A stretch of DNA of 63,776 nt, filler included, from Candidatus Ancaeobacter aquaticus (GCA_030765405.1; 5 parts of 5 records of this genome joined end to end with filler, not necessarily neighbours in it), one strand, 5' to 3'; positions 28,725 through 39,206 are shown, counted from the whole stretch's first letter. Numbers and translations: made by a program. Notes: generated from the sequence alone by a model not told the origin.

Positions 28725-29771
28725 TTATGTTAGTCTTTCCCTTATAAGTTCCGATCGCACTATATCTCTTTCGGTATGATCTAGCTCTTTACCGGCAACT
28801 TTCTGTAAATGTGCCGGCTGAGTTAATATCATAAGCTCATTGATCTGCATTCGCTCAATATCAGTTACAATCCCAAGATCTACACCTAATCGCAGGGTGG
28901 ATAATAGCTCAATTGCTTCTCTTGAGTTTAATATATGCGCATTTTTCAAAACTCCATATGCCCGTCCAACACTGTCCATAACCTGTTTCTTCTGACTTTT
29001 AAGCAGATACTGCCTAGCATTCTTTTCGTGCCCCACTATCTGTTTAATAATCTTCTTTATGTTATCAAGTATATCCGCCTCATTTTTACCTAAAGTAGAT
29101 TGATTCGATATTTGAAAAAGATTTCCAATAGCTTCAGTTCCCTCACCATAGAGTCCGCGTACAGCAAGCCCTAACTTAACCACTGCTTGAAGAACCTGGT
29201 TTATTTGTTTTGCAAGGACAAGCGCCGGTAAGTGAAGCATGACACTGGCTCTCATTCCTGTTCCGATATTTGTCGGACATGCGGTAAGATAGCCCCATTG
29301 AGGATGAAACGCGTACTGCAGCTTACTTTCAAGCCTATCGTCCAGATCGTTAATTAAATCAAGGACCTCATCAAGCTGAAAGCCCGGTTTCACGACCTGC
29401 ATTCTAAAATGGTCTTCTTCATTAAGCATCACACTGTAAATTTCCTGATCACTAATTGAAACGGCCGATCCTTTTTGCACAACAGCATGTTCTTTACTGA
29501 TAAGGTGCCTTTCAATCAAAAATTGTTTATCAATAGCATCAATGTCATTTAAACGGAAAAAGAGTGACCCTTGCATAGCATCAAGTGACGAAAGCGCTTT
29601 TTCAGCAACATCAAGCATTTTTTCTTTTTGTTCGAGCGATGCACGATTCGGAAAAGGAAAATCTACTATATTCCGCGCCATGCGGATACGGCTGGTTAGA
29701 ACAATCTCAGCATCGGGACCTGTCCCCTGAACCCACTCACTTGTTTTATTCAAAAGAATATGTAATTGCAT
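28725..29771 (-). CDS. mcsB: Protein arginine kinase McsB
   Basis: TSRIRMARN, NEEDHFR, GYLTACPTNIGTGMRASVMLHLP. Confidence 0.96.
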   Translation of the reverse strand: MQLHILLNKTSEWVQGTGPDAEIVLTSRIRMARNIVDFPFPNRASLEQKEKMLDVAEKALSSLDAMQGSLFFRLNDIDAIDKQFLIERHLISKEHAVVQKGSAVSISDQEIYSVMLNEEDHFRMQVVKPGFQLDEVLDLINDLDDRLESKLQYAFHPQWGYLTACPTNIGTGMRASVMLHLPALVLAKQINQVLQAVVKLGLAVRGLYGEGTEAIGNLFQISNQSTLGKNEADILDNIKKIIKQIVGHEKNARQYLLKSQKKQVMDSVGRAYGVLKNAHILNSREAIELLSTLRLGVDLGIVTDIERMQINELMILTQPAHLQKVAGKELDHTERDIVRSELIRERLT

Positions 29772-29786
29772 ACGTACCGTGTATTG

Positions 29787-30293
29787 TTATTTTGTGGTTT
29801 TTTTCTTTGTTTTAAGTTTTTCATGGTGCTTTATGTCATCACGAATTTTTGCCGCTTTTTCGTAGTTCTCACTTGTAATAGCCGTTTTTAAATCATCTTT
29901 CAATTTCCTTAGCTTTGCAATATTACTAATCGATGATTCAATCCCCTTCGGGACTTTTCCCACATGATACGAGCTCTTATGAATCGCTTCTAAAAGTGGC
30001 TCGAGCCCTTTCTTGAATGTCTCATAACACTGAGCGCATCCCAGTCTCCCCTTCTTCTTAAACTCTCCATAAGACAATTCACACTGAGAACACGTTATTT
30101 GATCTTCTTTTTCTTCTACCGCAGAAACATCACTCAACCCGCCGAGCAAATCAACAAATGAGAAGCTCGAAGTAAATCCAATACCTTTTTTCTTCGCGCA
30201 TTCCTCGCAAATGTTCATTTTTTTGAGAGCGCCATCAATAACTTCAGCATAATGAATTGTCGCTTCATTTTTTTCGCAGGATTCACAGAGCAT
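29787..30293 (-). CDS. mcsA: McsA (arginine kinase activator, UvrB/C motif)
   Basis: CxxC repeats, GRLGCAQCYETF, ENYEKAAKIRD. Confidence 0.94.
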   Translation of the reverse strand: MLCESCEKNEATIHYAEVIDGALKKMNICEECAKKKGIGFTSSFSFVDLLGGLSDVSAVEEKEDQITCSQCELSYGEFKKKGRLGCAQCYETFKKGLEPLLEAIHKSSYHVGKVPKGIESSISNIAKLRKLKDDLKTAITSENYEKAAKIRDDIKHHEKLKTKKKTTK

Positions 30294-30317
30294 AATACAT
30301 TTCCTTATATAATTTTA

Positions 30318-31184
30318 TTATACGGGTTCACCGGCAGTTTTAACAAGCGCGTTAAACTGTTCGATGAATCTTTTCGTAATAGGGCCAGGTTTACCTGTTC
30401 CTATGATCCTCCAATCGAGTTTCACCGCAGGAACAACTTTTGCCGCTGTACCGGTCAAGAAACATTCATCGGCATTATATATATCATGGCGAGACATAAG
30501 TACTTCATGCATGTCTAACCCGTTCTTTTGGGCAAGCTCAATAACAAGATCTCTCGTAATTCCTTTCAAAATCCCTGATGAAGTATTCGGAGTGTAGAGC
30601 ACGTTATCTTTAACAATAAAAATATTATCACCACTACACTCAGAAACATATCCAGCTGTATTTAAAAGCAACGCTTCATCCGCACCTGCGTTCACCGCAT
30701 CAGCCTGAGCCATAATATTATTTAGGTAGTTCATATGTTTTACCCGAGGACTGAGTGCTTCAGCAAAATTGCGCGGTGATGCTGAAGTAATAAGCGTAAG
30801 CCCCTTCTCATACAAGCTGTCCGGATATAACGCTAACTGATCAACAATGATGATAATCTGCGGATTTTTACATACAAAAGGATTCAACCCGAGGTTACCC
30901 TTCCCTCTGGTAACAATGAGCCTTATATATCCATCCGCCAGCGTGCTTTCCCGAACAGTTTTCTTTACCTCTTCGATCAACTCTTGCTGCTTTTTTGGAA
31001 TGGTAAGTAAAATTGTTTGAGCTGATTCATACAGACGCACTATATGCTCGGTTAATTTAAAGATTTTCTTATTAGAAAAACAGATCCCCTCAAACACGCC
31101 ATCACCGTAAAGAAAACCACTGTCATACACAGAGATACACGCATCATCCTTAGAATATATTTTTCCATTTATATTTACTCTCAT
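30318..31184 (-). CDS. ilvE: Branched-chain amino acid aminotransferase (class IV PLP)
   Basis: YGDGVFEG, VKHMNYLNN, ILKGITR, FLTGTAA. Confidence 0.92.
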   Translation of the reverse strand: MRVNINGKIYSKDDACISVYDSGFLYGDGVFEGICFSNKKIFKLTEHIVRLYESAQTILLTIPKKQQELIEEVKKTVRESTLADGYIRLIVTRGKGNLGLNPFVCKNPQIIIIVDQLALYPDSLYEKGLTLITSASPRNFAEALSPRVKHMNYLNNIMAQADAVNAGADEALLLNTAGYVSECSGDNIFIVKDNVLYTPNTSSGILKGITRDLVIELAQKNGLDMHEVLMSRHDIYNADECFLTGTAAKVVPAVKLDWRIIGTGKPGPITKRFIEQFNALVKTAGEPV

Positions 31185-31239
31185 ATTGAAAACCTCTTTC
31201 TCTTATCCTCATCCACAGTCTAGCCGCATAGATACAACA

Positions 31240-31935
31240 CTAATTAACCATTTTGTCTATTCGGCCATCACTCATATGTATCTGCATATGTGTTCGTGCC
31301 GCTATGCTGTTGTCATGTGTTACCATAACGATAGTTTGCTTTTTATCATCATGTAATTTCATTAAAAGATCAATAATACTTTCACTATGAGCACTATCAA
31401 GGTTTCCCGTAGGCTCATCAGCAAATAATATGTCAGGGTTATTCATCAATGCCCGTGCAATCGCAACACGCTGCTGCTCTCCACCGGAAAGCTGTCTTGG
31501 CTTATGATTCATTCTGCTGGCTAACCCCACCTCTTCCAAAATCTGGCTCGCACGGTTCTTTACCTCTTTAACATCCCGCGCACGGTCATTATCAGCTACT
31601 AGTGCCGGCATCATAACATTCTCCACTGCCGTAAACTCAGGAAGCAGATAATAAAACTGAAATACAAAACCAACTTTTTTATTTCTCAGCAGAGATCTTT
31701 TACTGTCACGCAACGCATAAATATTAACAGTATCATGATACAGTACCTCACCCTTTGTTGGCTTATCTAAAGATCCCAAGATATGCAGTAGCGTACTCTT
31801 TCCCGCGCCGCTTGGTCCTACAATTCCAACAAAGGCATTTTTTTCAATATCGAGACTTACTCCTTTTAAGACATTAACTCTTTCGGAGCCAATCACATAC
31901 TCTTTGTGAATATTTTTTGCTTTAATAATTATCAT
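31240..31935 (-). CDS. lolD: Lipoprotein-releasing ABC ATPase
   Basis: [36 protein letters not shown]; adjacent to lolE. Confidence 0.92.
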   Translation of the reverse strand: MIIIKAKNIHKEYVIGSERVNVLKGVSLDIEKNAFVGIVGPSGAGKSTLLHILGSLDKPTKGEVLYHDTVNIYALRDSKRSLLRNKKVGFVFQFYYLLPEFTAVENVMMPALVADNDRARDVKEVKNRASQILEEVGLASRMNHKPRQLSGGEQQRVAIARALMNNPDILFADEPTGNLDSAHSESIIDLLMKLHDDKKQTIVMVTHDNSIAARTHMQIHMSDGRIDKMVN

Positions 31936-31999
31936 ATAAATTATAATGAGATTTGCGATTTAGTAAATAAAAAATACCTTAAGTTATTGTCATTTTTGA

Positions 32000-33232
32000 C
32001 TATTCATATCTCAATGCTTCAACAGGCTCCATACGTGCAGCACGCCACGCGGGATATAACGCGGCACAAATCGACAAAACAACAGCGGAAAGACAAATAG
32101 TTATAAGGTCTCTCATATTAATTTGTGCAGGTAATGTATCCAAATAATATATTTCACGAGGAAAAACATCTACTCCGGTAACCTTTGATACAAGTGTTTC
32201 AATAGTATCAATATTCTCAACAAAAAGAACGCCGCCTACGGTACCGATCACCATACCGATCACACCGATTATAAGCCCTAAAAGAAGAAACGTTCTCATG
32301 ATACCGCCTGCAGTAACGCCTATCGATTTCAAAACACCAATATCTTTTGTTTTTTCCATAACCATCATAATAAGTGTACTGATAATATTCGTTGCGGCAA
32401 CGGCAATCGCTAAAACAAGCAATATAAACATTACATTCTTTTCTGTCTTTAAAGCAGCAAACAGGTTTCTATTCTGATCGATCCAAGTATAGGCATAGAG
32501 CGGTGGTGAAAGTTTTTCCTTGAGCGCTTTCTTAACACGTGCGGCATTGTCAACATCATCAAGTTTGAGACTAACACCATGCACATCATATCCTAATCCG
32601 AATAGTTTCTGGGCTGTCTTTAAATTAAGGTACACGAGATTCGAATCATACTCATACATACCATATGAAAAGATCCCGGCAACCGTACAGTCAAGAATCC
32701 GTGATGCGGGTCCGAGAGGCGTCATAACCGTTGATGGAGAAATAATGCGCAATGAATCTCCCAGAAATAAACTAAACCTTCGCGCAAACTCTTTGCCGAT
32801 TATGGTTTCATTGCCTTTAAGCTCATAGGTGCCGTATGTCATTTTCTTTTTTATATTCGTGACTGTTGATTCACGGTCCGTATCTATCCCTCGCACGACA
32901 ACACCAACAACACGATTCCTTACCCGAGCAATAACCTGCCCGAAAACATAGGGTGTTGCAGCGACTACATGAGGCGTCTTCAGCGCAAGATCAACTACAG
33001 AATATGGATCTTTAACCGGTATATCAGCACTAATAACCACATGAGCGCTAGCACCGAGGATCTTATCTTTCATGTCTTTTTCAAAACCTGTCATAACCGC
33101 AAGAACAATGATAAGTGTCATGACTGAAAGAGCCACACCGCTTATTGAAAGAAAAGTAATTATTGAAATAAACTTTTCTTTTCGTTTAGCAAACAGATAT
33201 CGTAAACTTATACGCGCTTCCAATGGCAACAT
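32000..33232 (-). CDS. lolE: Lipoprotein-releasing permease LolC/E
   Basis: ISLRYLFAKRKEKFIS, FtsX C-terminal domain, YPAWRAARMEPVEALRYE. Confidence 0.92.
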   Translation of the reverse strand: MLPLEARISLRYLFAKRKEKFISIITFLSISGVALSVMTLIIVLAVMTGFEKDMKDKILGASAHVVISADIPVKDPYSVVDLALKTPHVVAATPYVFGQVIARVRNRVVGVVVRGIDTDRESTVTNIKKKMTYGTYELKGNETIIGKEFARRFSLFLGDSLRIISPSTVMTPLGPASRILDCTVAGIFSYGMYEYDSNLVYLNLKTAQKLFGLGYDVHGVSLKLDDVDNAARVKKALKEKLSPPLYAYTWIDQNRNLFAALKTEKNVMFILLVLAIAVAATNIISTLIMMVMEKTKDIGVLKSIGVTAGGIMRTFLLLGLIIGVIGMVIGTVGGVLFVENIDTIETLVSKVTGVDVFPREIYYLDTLPAQINMRDLITICLSAVVLSICAALYPAWRAARMEPVEALRYE

Positions 33233-33242
33233 AATGCGCTGT

Positions 33243-34691
33243 CTATCCCTTTCCTTTTAATTGCGGGAACAAGATAACATCCCTAATCGATTCCTGGTTG
33301 GTCAGAACCATAACTAATCGATCAATCCCGATTCCCAGTCCTCCGGCAGGCGGCATACCGTGTTCAAGAGCACGCACATAATCCTCATCAATATCTTTAC
33401 CGGTCCCTTCGGCCTGTTTCTGAAAATTTTTGAGCTGGATTGCAGGATCATTAAGCTCAGAATAGGCATTAGCAAGCTCCTGTCCATTCATGTAGAGTTC
33501 GAACCGTTCAGCGATTTCCGGATCATCTTTTTTCGTCTTTGATAGCGGGCACAAAATAGCAGGATAATCAGTAATGAATGTAGGGTTGATTAACTTCTTT
33601 TCAACACAACTTTCAAATATTTCATTAACGACTGCATGATCATGAGCGTTTTTATCAAACTCAACACCTAATTTCTTTGCCTGCTCCTTAATATTGTCAC
33701 AGGTCTTAAAATCTATTCCCGTATACTCTTTAAGTGCATCATACATTGATATTCTTTTCCAAGGCGGTGTCATATCAATACCGCTTGCTCCTGTTTTAAG
33801 ATCTATACCGAGCTCTGAACAAATGTAGACAGTCAACTCTTCAGTGAGTGTCATCATTGATTCATAATCTTCGTACGCTGCATATATCTCTAACATAGTA
33901 AATTCAGGGTTGTGGCGACGAGATAACCCCTCATTCCTAAAATTTCTATTCAGTTCATAAACTTTTTCTAATCCACCAACAAGTAACCGTTTAAGATACA
34001 GCTCAGGAGCTATTCTTAAATACAGATCGGTAGACAATGATTCGTGGTATGTTACAAACGGTTTTGCAACAGCTCCACCAGCCATAGCCTGCATCATAGG
34101 TGTTTCAACCTCAAGATATTCCCGCTCATCAAGATACTTGCGAATGAGCGTGATGATCGCACTGCGTTTTAAAAACACGTTCCTCACCTCTTCATTAGAA
34201 ATAAGGTCAAGATAGCGTTGACGATACCGCGTCTCAATATCTTTAAGGCCATGCCATTTTTCTGGAAGTGGCCGCAAAGCTTTACTAAGCATGGCAAACG
34301 ATTCTAAATGAACTGTTACCTCACCGGTTCTTGTCTTAACGAGCTTTCCGGTAATACCTATAATATCGCCTATATCAACACATTGCAACAAATCAAATGA
34401 TTCTACGAGCTCATCTTTGCGCGCATACATCTGAATCTTTCCTGTTCGGTCACGTACATCAGCAAAAACTGTTTTGCCGTGCCCACGCCATGCCATAACT
34501 CTTCCACAAACAGTAACGAGCTTCCCTTCTTCATAGCTCTCTATGTACTCGGAAATATACCCGCTACGTTCGAATTTTCTTCCGTAAGGCTCGCCACCAG
34601 CATTAACGATGGTCTGCAATCTCTCTTTTCGTTCAGAAATAAAATCTTTTTCTCTTTGGTCTGTTACATCGGGATGCGTCTGGTCAGTCAT
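33243..34691 (-). CDS. lysS: Lysine--tRNA ligase (class II)
   Basis: RYRQRYLDL, LRIAPELYLK, FRNEG, GMPPAGGLGIGIDRL. Confidence 0.97.
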   Translation of the reverse strand: MTDQTHPDVTDQREKDFISERKERLQTIVNAGGEPYGRKFERSGYISEYIESYEEGKLVTVCGRVMAWRGHGKTVFADVRDRTGKIQMYARKDELVESFDLLQCVDIGDIIGITGKLVKTRTGEVTVHLESFAMLSKALRPLPEKWHGLKDIETRYRQRYLDLISNEEVRNVFLKRSAIITLIRKYLDEREYLEVETPMMQAMAGGAVAKPFVTYHESLSTDLYLRIAPELYLKRLLVGGLEKVYELNRNFRNEGLSRRHNPEFTMLEIYAAYEDYESMMTLTEELTVYICSELGIDLKTGASGIDMTPPWKRISMYDALKEYTGIDFKTCDNIKEQAKKLGVEFDKNAHDHAVVNEIFESCVEKKLINPTFITDYPAILCPLSKTKKDDPEIAERFELYMNGQELANAYSELNDPAIQLKNFQKQAEGTGKDIDEDYVRALEHGMPPAGGLGIGIDRLVMVLTNQESIRDVILFPQLKGKG

Positions 34692-34733
34692 AACTCCTCC
34701 GGATTACGTATGTTCATACAACTAATTCGCAAG

Positions 34734-34762
34734 AGTATACTTATAAAAAGTGTTGCAGTCAA
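34734..34762 (-). promoter_or_regulatory. sigma70 promoter of the lysS operon TTGACT-17-TATACT
   Basis: Near-consensus boxes with 17-bp spacing upstream of lysS. Confidence 0.7.
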
Positions 34763-34800
34763 TGATATAAAGCGCGGTTATACATGGAAAATAAATGAAT

Positions 34801-36792
34801 TTATGCATCATTATTGGTGAATCTTAATGAATCGACCTCACGATTAAAATTGTTGCGGGGAACAATATAAAATTGATGGGTAAGATATCTGTCAAGTGCC
34901 GCGGCATACTTAACAATATTTAATGATCTAATATACCCCGATAACCCAGCTGAGCTAATTCCTGCTTCATCTAAATCTCGGATAATATCAAGGTCATGCG
35001 CATATAATACCCTAAAGTTTTCCTTCATATGATTTAAAATGGCACGAAGCACTTTTATATTTTTCTCGGTATTAATATACACCGCAAGATCATTTATTTT
35101 CTCGTTCTGAGATTTTTCGACCAGCTCATTGATAAACACAATAAAATCACGCACCACCTTATCTGGTATTGTGTTTGTAATAAATATTTCTTCTAAACTG
35201 TTTTTTCGTTCTGATTCGAGCACTTTGCATAACGCTTCAATATTTTCATAATCATTTCTGTTCAACTTTATAAACGTGTCCTCAGGCTCGTGATCGACTT
35301 CCACATAGTGTGATTTTTCAGTGGGACTTACCCATTCTACAGGAGCATCGTAAACAGTGAGCATTTTGTCACTTTTGAGAAAAATGGTAACTGTCTCTTT
35401 ACTAAACGAATGTGCAATATGACTGATAGATGTATCAACACCTATCACCATATTTGAAATTGCAATAAGTGACATCAACTGGCGATAGCTAAGACTATAC
35501 GGAATAACCTTAACACGTTTACTATCAATGTCAGAAACATTTATAAGTTCTTGTATATCATTAGTTAACTTTTGATGTCTCGTATTCTTTGGATCTCCTT
35601 TTTTAATAATAATAACGGCATTTTCAGGGAGCAATGCCAGTAACATACGACATATTCTAAGACTATCTTCGATCCCTAACTCCTTTTCTTTAATGCTACT
35701 TAACGGATTAAATACCACAATAAAGTTGTTTTCACTTTGATTGGGTAACACATTTAATTTTTCTAATAACGAACGAATTCCTACTGTTTCATCATCAGAA
35801 ACCGCAATAGCCGGTATATACTCTTTTTCGCTTTTCAAGCCCCAGCCGCGTATTAACGTGTTGTAGTAATCATAATAATTAAAACTAAAATCTCTATCGG
35901 AATCAAGGGACACATTCAATATCCTTTTACGCTCATTATTTTCATTATCAACAAATGCGTACCCCTTGAGAGCAGTATCTTTATAGATAATCTTATTCGC
36001 ACTTCCAGAATAGAACCAATCATTAGAAAGCGAATCAAGGTCAATAACCAAATCAAAATCATCTATTGACTCTGTTATCTCATGTCGATCTCTTACAACA
36101 CTAACTTTTTCGATGTTTTTCAATAAATCAGGAAATTTGTTGACTACGGTAATCTCTGCATCAGGATATGACTCTCGAAGTGCAGTTACAATAATAGATT
36201 GAATGATATAGTCTCCCCGACCCAGATAATTCTCAGTATTGATAAGGACTTTCTTTACATCTCCTGAATCAATTTTCGAAAGTGGTTTAGAGATATGCGC
36301 CACTCCGCTTTGCGCGTAACGTAAGATAATATCTTCCACATCCGCTGATTCCAATAGCTCCCACCCATCATGGCTTATTTTCACGTAGAGAAGTTCGCTA
36401 ACAGGAACAAACAATACTTTCCCTTCGTAGCGTATACCGTCATATGCTACTACTTTTCCATATTTTTCCTGACATTCCTTTATCGCATCTTTAAAAGACA
36501 TTCCGCTACGCAACGCACGAAACATTGTTAATCCGGCACTCAATGCATTTTCGATTTGTATTGAGCCGGTTTTAATTTCTTCCTGATCAAACAAAGATCG
36601 CGGGGCAAGGGATTTTTTCATTGCTCGTATCTCGTAGTTAGCATCTCGTATTTGAAGAACCGATAACCACTTTTTCGTATTTTGTTTAAGATGGGGACCC
36701 GCCATGGAAATATTCTGGCACAGAAAAAACACTGTTATCACAAGGAAAATAATCTTTATAAATGATCTTTTGTGTATTACTTTGCTTTTCAT
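34801..36792 (-). CDS. Signal-peptide protein: LAPxSxF module + glycosyltransferase family 9 domain
   Basis: Signal peptide; LAPRSLF; GT9 motifs GRGDYII...YPDAEITVV, FDLVIDL, VFNP, LMSLIAISNMVIGVDTSISHIA. Confidence 0.75.
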   Translation of the reverse strand: MKSKVIHKRSFIKIIFLVITVFFLCQNISMAGPHLKQNTKKWLSVLQIRDANYEIRAMKKSLAPRSLFDQEEIKTGSIQIENALSAGLTMFRALRSGMSFKDAIKECQEKYGKVVAYDGIRYEGKVLFVPVSELLYVKISHDGWELLESADVEDIILRYAQSGVAHISKPLSKIDSGDVKKVLINTENYLGRGDYIIQSIIVTALRESYPDAEITVVNKFPDLLKNIEKVSVVRDRHEITESIDDFDLVIDLDSLSNDWFYSGSANKIIYKDTALKGYAFVDNENNERKRILNVSLDSDRDFSFNYYDYYNTLIRGWGLKSEKEYIPAIAVSDDETVGIRSLLEKLNVLPNQSENNFIVVFNPLSSIKEKELGIEDSLRICRMLLALLPENAVIIIKKGDPKNTRHQKLTNDIQELINVSDIDSKRVKVIPYSLSYRQLMSLIAISNMVIGVDTSISHIAHSFSKETVTIFLKSDKMLTVYDAPVEWVSPTEKSHYVEVDHEPEDTFIKLNRNDYENIEALCKVLESERKNSLEEIFITNTIPDKVVRDFIVFINELVEKSQNEKINDLAVYINTEKNIKVLRAILNHMKENFRVLYAHDLDIIRDLDEAGISSAGLSGYIRSLNIVKYAAALDRYLTHQFYIVPRNNFNREVDSLRFTNNDA

Positions 36793-36927
36793 TTTTCCCT
36801 CAAAATAAAATTGATTTCATTTAGAGAAAAACACAATACACCTCTGCATCTAAACTCCTAATTTTTAGACACACCAATATACTAATTCACTGTTTTCTCT
36901 ATCTCTATAAATGCTCTAATCCTCTGA

Positions 36928-36956
36928 ATTGTAGCACGTAAAATCGGTTTTGTCAA
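36928..36956 (-). promoter_or_regulatory. sigma70 promoter TTGACA-17-TACAAT
   Basis: Near-perfect consensus upstream of the 663-aa gene. Confidence 0.72.
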
Positions 36957-36971
36957 GAGCATAGAGAGTTT

Positions 36972-37098
36972 TTTTGTAACCGGTGAGTAAAAGGGGGGTA
37001 ACAAGATAAAACCAGCTAATTAGAAAAGACCTAAGATTAAAAAACCGAGCCGAAAAGTTTTTATACTTCCGGTTTATTTTTTTATGTTGACAGTATCA
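36972..37098 (+). mobile_element. End of a collapsed multicopy element (IS-like), copy 2
   Basis: 127 bp identical to 13026-13152; abuts the gap. Confidence 0.65.
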
Positions 37099-37200
37099 NN
37101 NNNNNNNNNNNNNNNNNNNNNNNNNNNNNNNNNNNNNNNNNNTTAATTAATTAANNNNNNNNNNNNNNNNNNNNNNNNNNNNNNNNNNNNNNNNNNNNCT

Positions 37201-37557
37201 CACTATATCTCAGAATTCATACATGCTGATTTTCTGGAAGAATTTAACCATGATGAAGTTGATCTGAGTATTTTATCACTGTCATTTTGCCGCGAGAACT
37301 CCATTGCGGCTGCAAAGGACAAAGATGGAGAAAAAGCTATCGTAATAAGTAATCCGTTTAACTGGAGCCTTTTAGACCTTATAGACCAGATTGGCGGCGA
37401 AACGAGTTCTTATAAAATTGTTATCGCAACACCCAAAACTATAAAGGATGTATTACAGAGCGAATATTTCGCCGCTCTTGCAGTGCGAAAAGAAGAACAA
37501 GCACCAATACCTTCTGCGGGTAAAACAAATGACTGTCTCACCAAGAGACGTGTATGA
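37201..37557 (+). CDS. 5'-truncated ORF with a T2SSE_N (GspE/MshE N-terminal-like) domain; overlaps the next ORF in another frame
   Basis: Manual translation ...ILSLSFCRENSIAAAKDKDGEKAIVISNPFNWSLLDLIDQIGGETSSYKIVIATPKTIKDVL... Confidence 0.6.
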   Translation, partial: HYISEFIHADFLEEFNHDEVDLSILSLSFCRENSIAAAKDKDGEKAIVISNPFNWSLLDLIDQIGGETSSYKIVIATPKTIKDVLQSEYFAALAVRKEEQAPIPSAGKTNDCLTKRRV

Positions 37558-38047
37558 AAAAGTACTGGTTGAAGAAATGCAGCATGACGTAAAGGAAGAA
37601 ATAAGTTCTCAACCAAAAGAAGAGGTCAAACACATACAGAAGGAAGTCGAGCAGAAAACAGACCAGACTGAAACTAAGAACCCATCCATCCTTATTGTTG
37701 AAGATGATCCCGACACACTCACATTGATTGAGCTCCATTTAAAGAATGCGGGCTATGAAATCACCTCTGCCGTTGATGGGATCGACGCACTCATGCTTTT
37801 AGGTAAAAACACCTTTGATTTGATACTTTCCGACATAAACATGCCTAATTTAGATGGATTTAAACTACTTGAAATGGTACACCAGAAAGGCATACCATCA
37901 CCGGTAATATTTTTATCGGCAATATCTACAGAAGAAGCTGAACTAAAAGGACTAGAAATGGGAGTTGAAGACTTTATTAAAAAGCCATTTAAAAAAGAAG
38001 TTCTTTTATTGAGGATAAATAATATACTCAAAGCCCAGAAAAAATAA
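37529..38047 (+). CDS. Response regulator receiver protein (possibly the frameshifted C-terminus of the previous ORF)
   Basis: ILIVEDD, LILSDINMPNLDG, FIKKPF. Confidence 0.85.
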   Translation: MTVSPRDVYEKVLVEEMQHDVKEEISSQPKEEVKHIQKEVEQKTDQTETKNPSILIVEDDPDTLTLIELHLKNAGYEITSAVDGIDALMLLGKNTFDLILSDINMPNLDGFKLLEMVHQKGIPSPVIFLSAISTEEAELKGLEMGVEDFIKKPFKKEVLLLRINNILKAQKK

Positions 38048-38096
38048 AAATATTTTTTATTAAAATACACCCATCAATCGTCTACACTCGATATCA

Positions 38097-38669
38097 TTAC
38101 TTATGAGTGGATATACCTTTTCTCACAATGAATGCCAACGAAACAAGGGTTACACTTGCCATAAGGGCATAAACACCGATGACATATACAATGACAACGA
38201 TTCCATTGAGCGGCCAGAAAATTAAAAACGCGCCAAATAGTATCGATAGGAAACCGCTTAATAGAAGAAGTATCTTTCCGTTTTGTTTAGATGGCAATTT
38301 AAATGCAACAACCGCTTCAAATATACCGGCAACAATTGCCCAAAAAGCTATTATATAAAGAAAAACTATCGCTGTTATGCCTGGATAAAAATAGGTAATC
38401 AAACCTGCCGCAATACCGCATATACCACGCACTATAAGTTCTCCTCTTCCGCCGGCATCCGGGTGGTGATGGAATGCTGACACTAAAGAACACACACCAT
38501 CCAAAAACACAAATACACCAAAGAAAAGTATAAGAACCTCAAGAGTAATCCCGGGTACGGTAAAAGCAAAAATACCAAACAGCAGGGCAAAAATACCACG
38601 TACAGCAAGAACCCACCAGTATTTAGCTAAGATTATTTTTCCAGCATTATTGTTCAGGGCATTTTCCAT
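38097..38669 (-). CDS. HdeD/DUF308 family membrane protein
   Basis: WWVLAVRGIFALLFG, duplicated hydrophobic hairpins. Confidence 0.88.
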   Translation of the reverse strand: MENALNNNAGKIILAKYWWVLAVRGIFALLFGIFAFTVPGITLEVLILFFGVFVFLDGVCSLVSAFHHHPDAGGRGELIVRGICGIAAGLITYFYPGITAIVFLYIIAFWAIVAGIFEAVVAFKLPSKQNGKILLLLSGFLSILFGAFLIFWPLNGIVVIVYVIGVYALMASVTLVSLAFIVRKGISTHK

Positions 38670-38785
38670 AAAATATCCTCTTTCTTTATAGTATGTTAAA
38701 AGCAACAACTGATATAGCACTTCACTGATAAGACTTTTCTATGTAATCTCTCACTCGTTATAGATAGGTATTACTTCTCTATATA

Positions 38786-39175
38786 TTACCCAAGTAAAGA
38801 CTGAATTTTTTCCATTACATCTTCTGTAACATATGGTTTTCTGACAACCATATCAATACCAACATCATTACACGATTCTTCAATCAATGGGTCACCTGAT
38901 GCGGTAATCGCAATAATCGGAATTTTCGATAAGTCGGTAACATTCTTAATTTCTTTGCATAGTTCATAGCCGTCAATATTTGGCATAAGAATATCAAGGA
39001 GTATGAGATCAGGCTTTTCACGGAGGATACTACTGACCGCTTTTTCGCCATCAACCTCCCATACGCAATCATATCCTTTGCTCTCAAGAATAATGCGCAA
39101 CATATGAACTTGCTCTATCTCGTCTTCAATTATCAAAACTTTTTTTTGGGACATGATCTCCTCGATAACATGCAT
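38786..39175 (-). CDS. Single-domain response regulator (CheY-like)
   Basis: VLIIEDE, LILLDILMPNIDG, VRKP. Confidence 0.92.
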   Translation of the reverse strand: MHVIEEIMSQKKVLIIEDEIEQVHMLRIILESKGYDCVWEVDGEKAVSSILREKPDLILLDILMPNIDGYELCKEIKNVTDLSKIPIIAITASGDPLIEESCNDVGIDMVVRKPYVTEDVMEKIQSLLG

Positions 39176-39206
39176 ACTGTTGATCTTATTATACCACTAA
39201 ACCCTA

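Noticed and set aside
14972..34820. Numerous plus-strand ORFs of 60-285 aa overlapping the housekeeping operon
   Set aside because: Antisense shadows of well-supported minus-strand genes.
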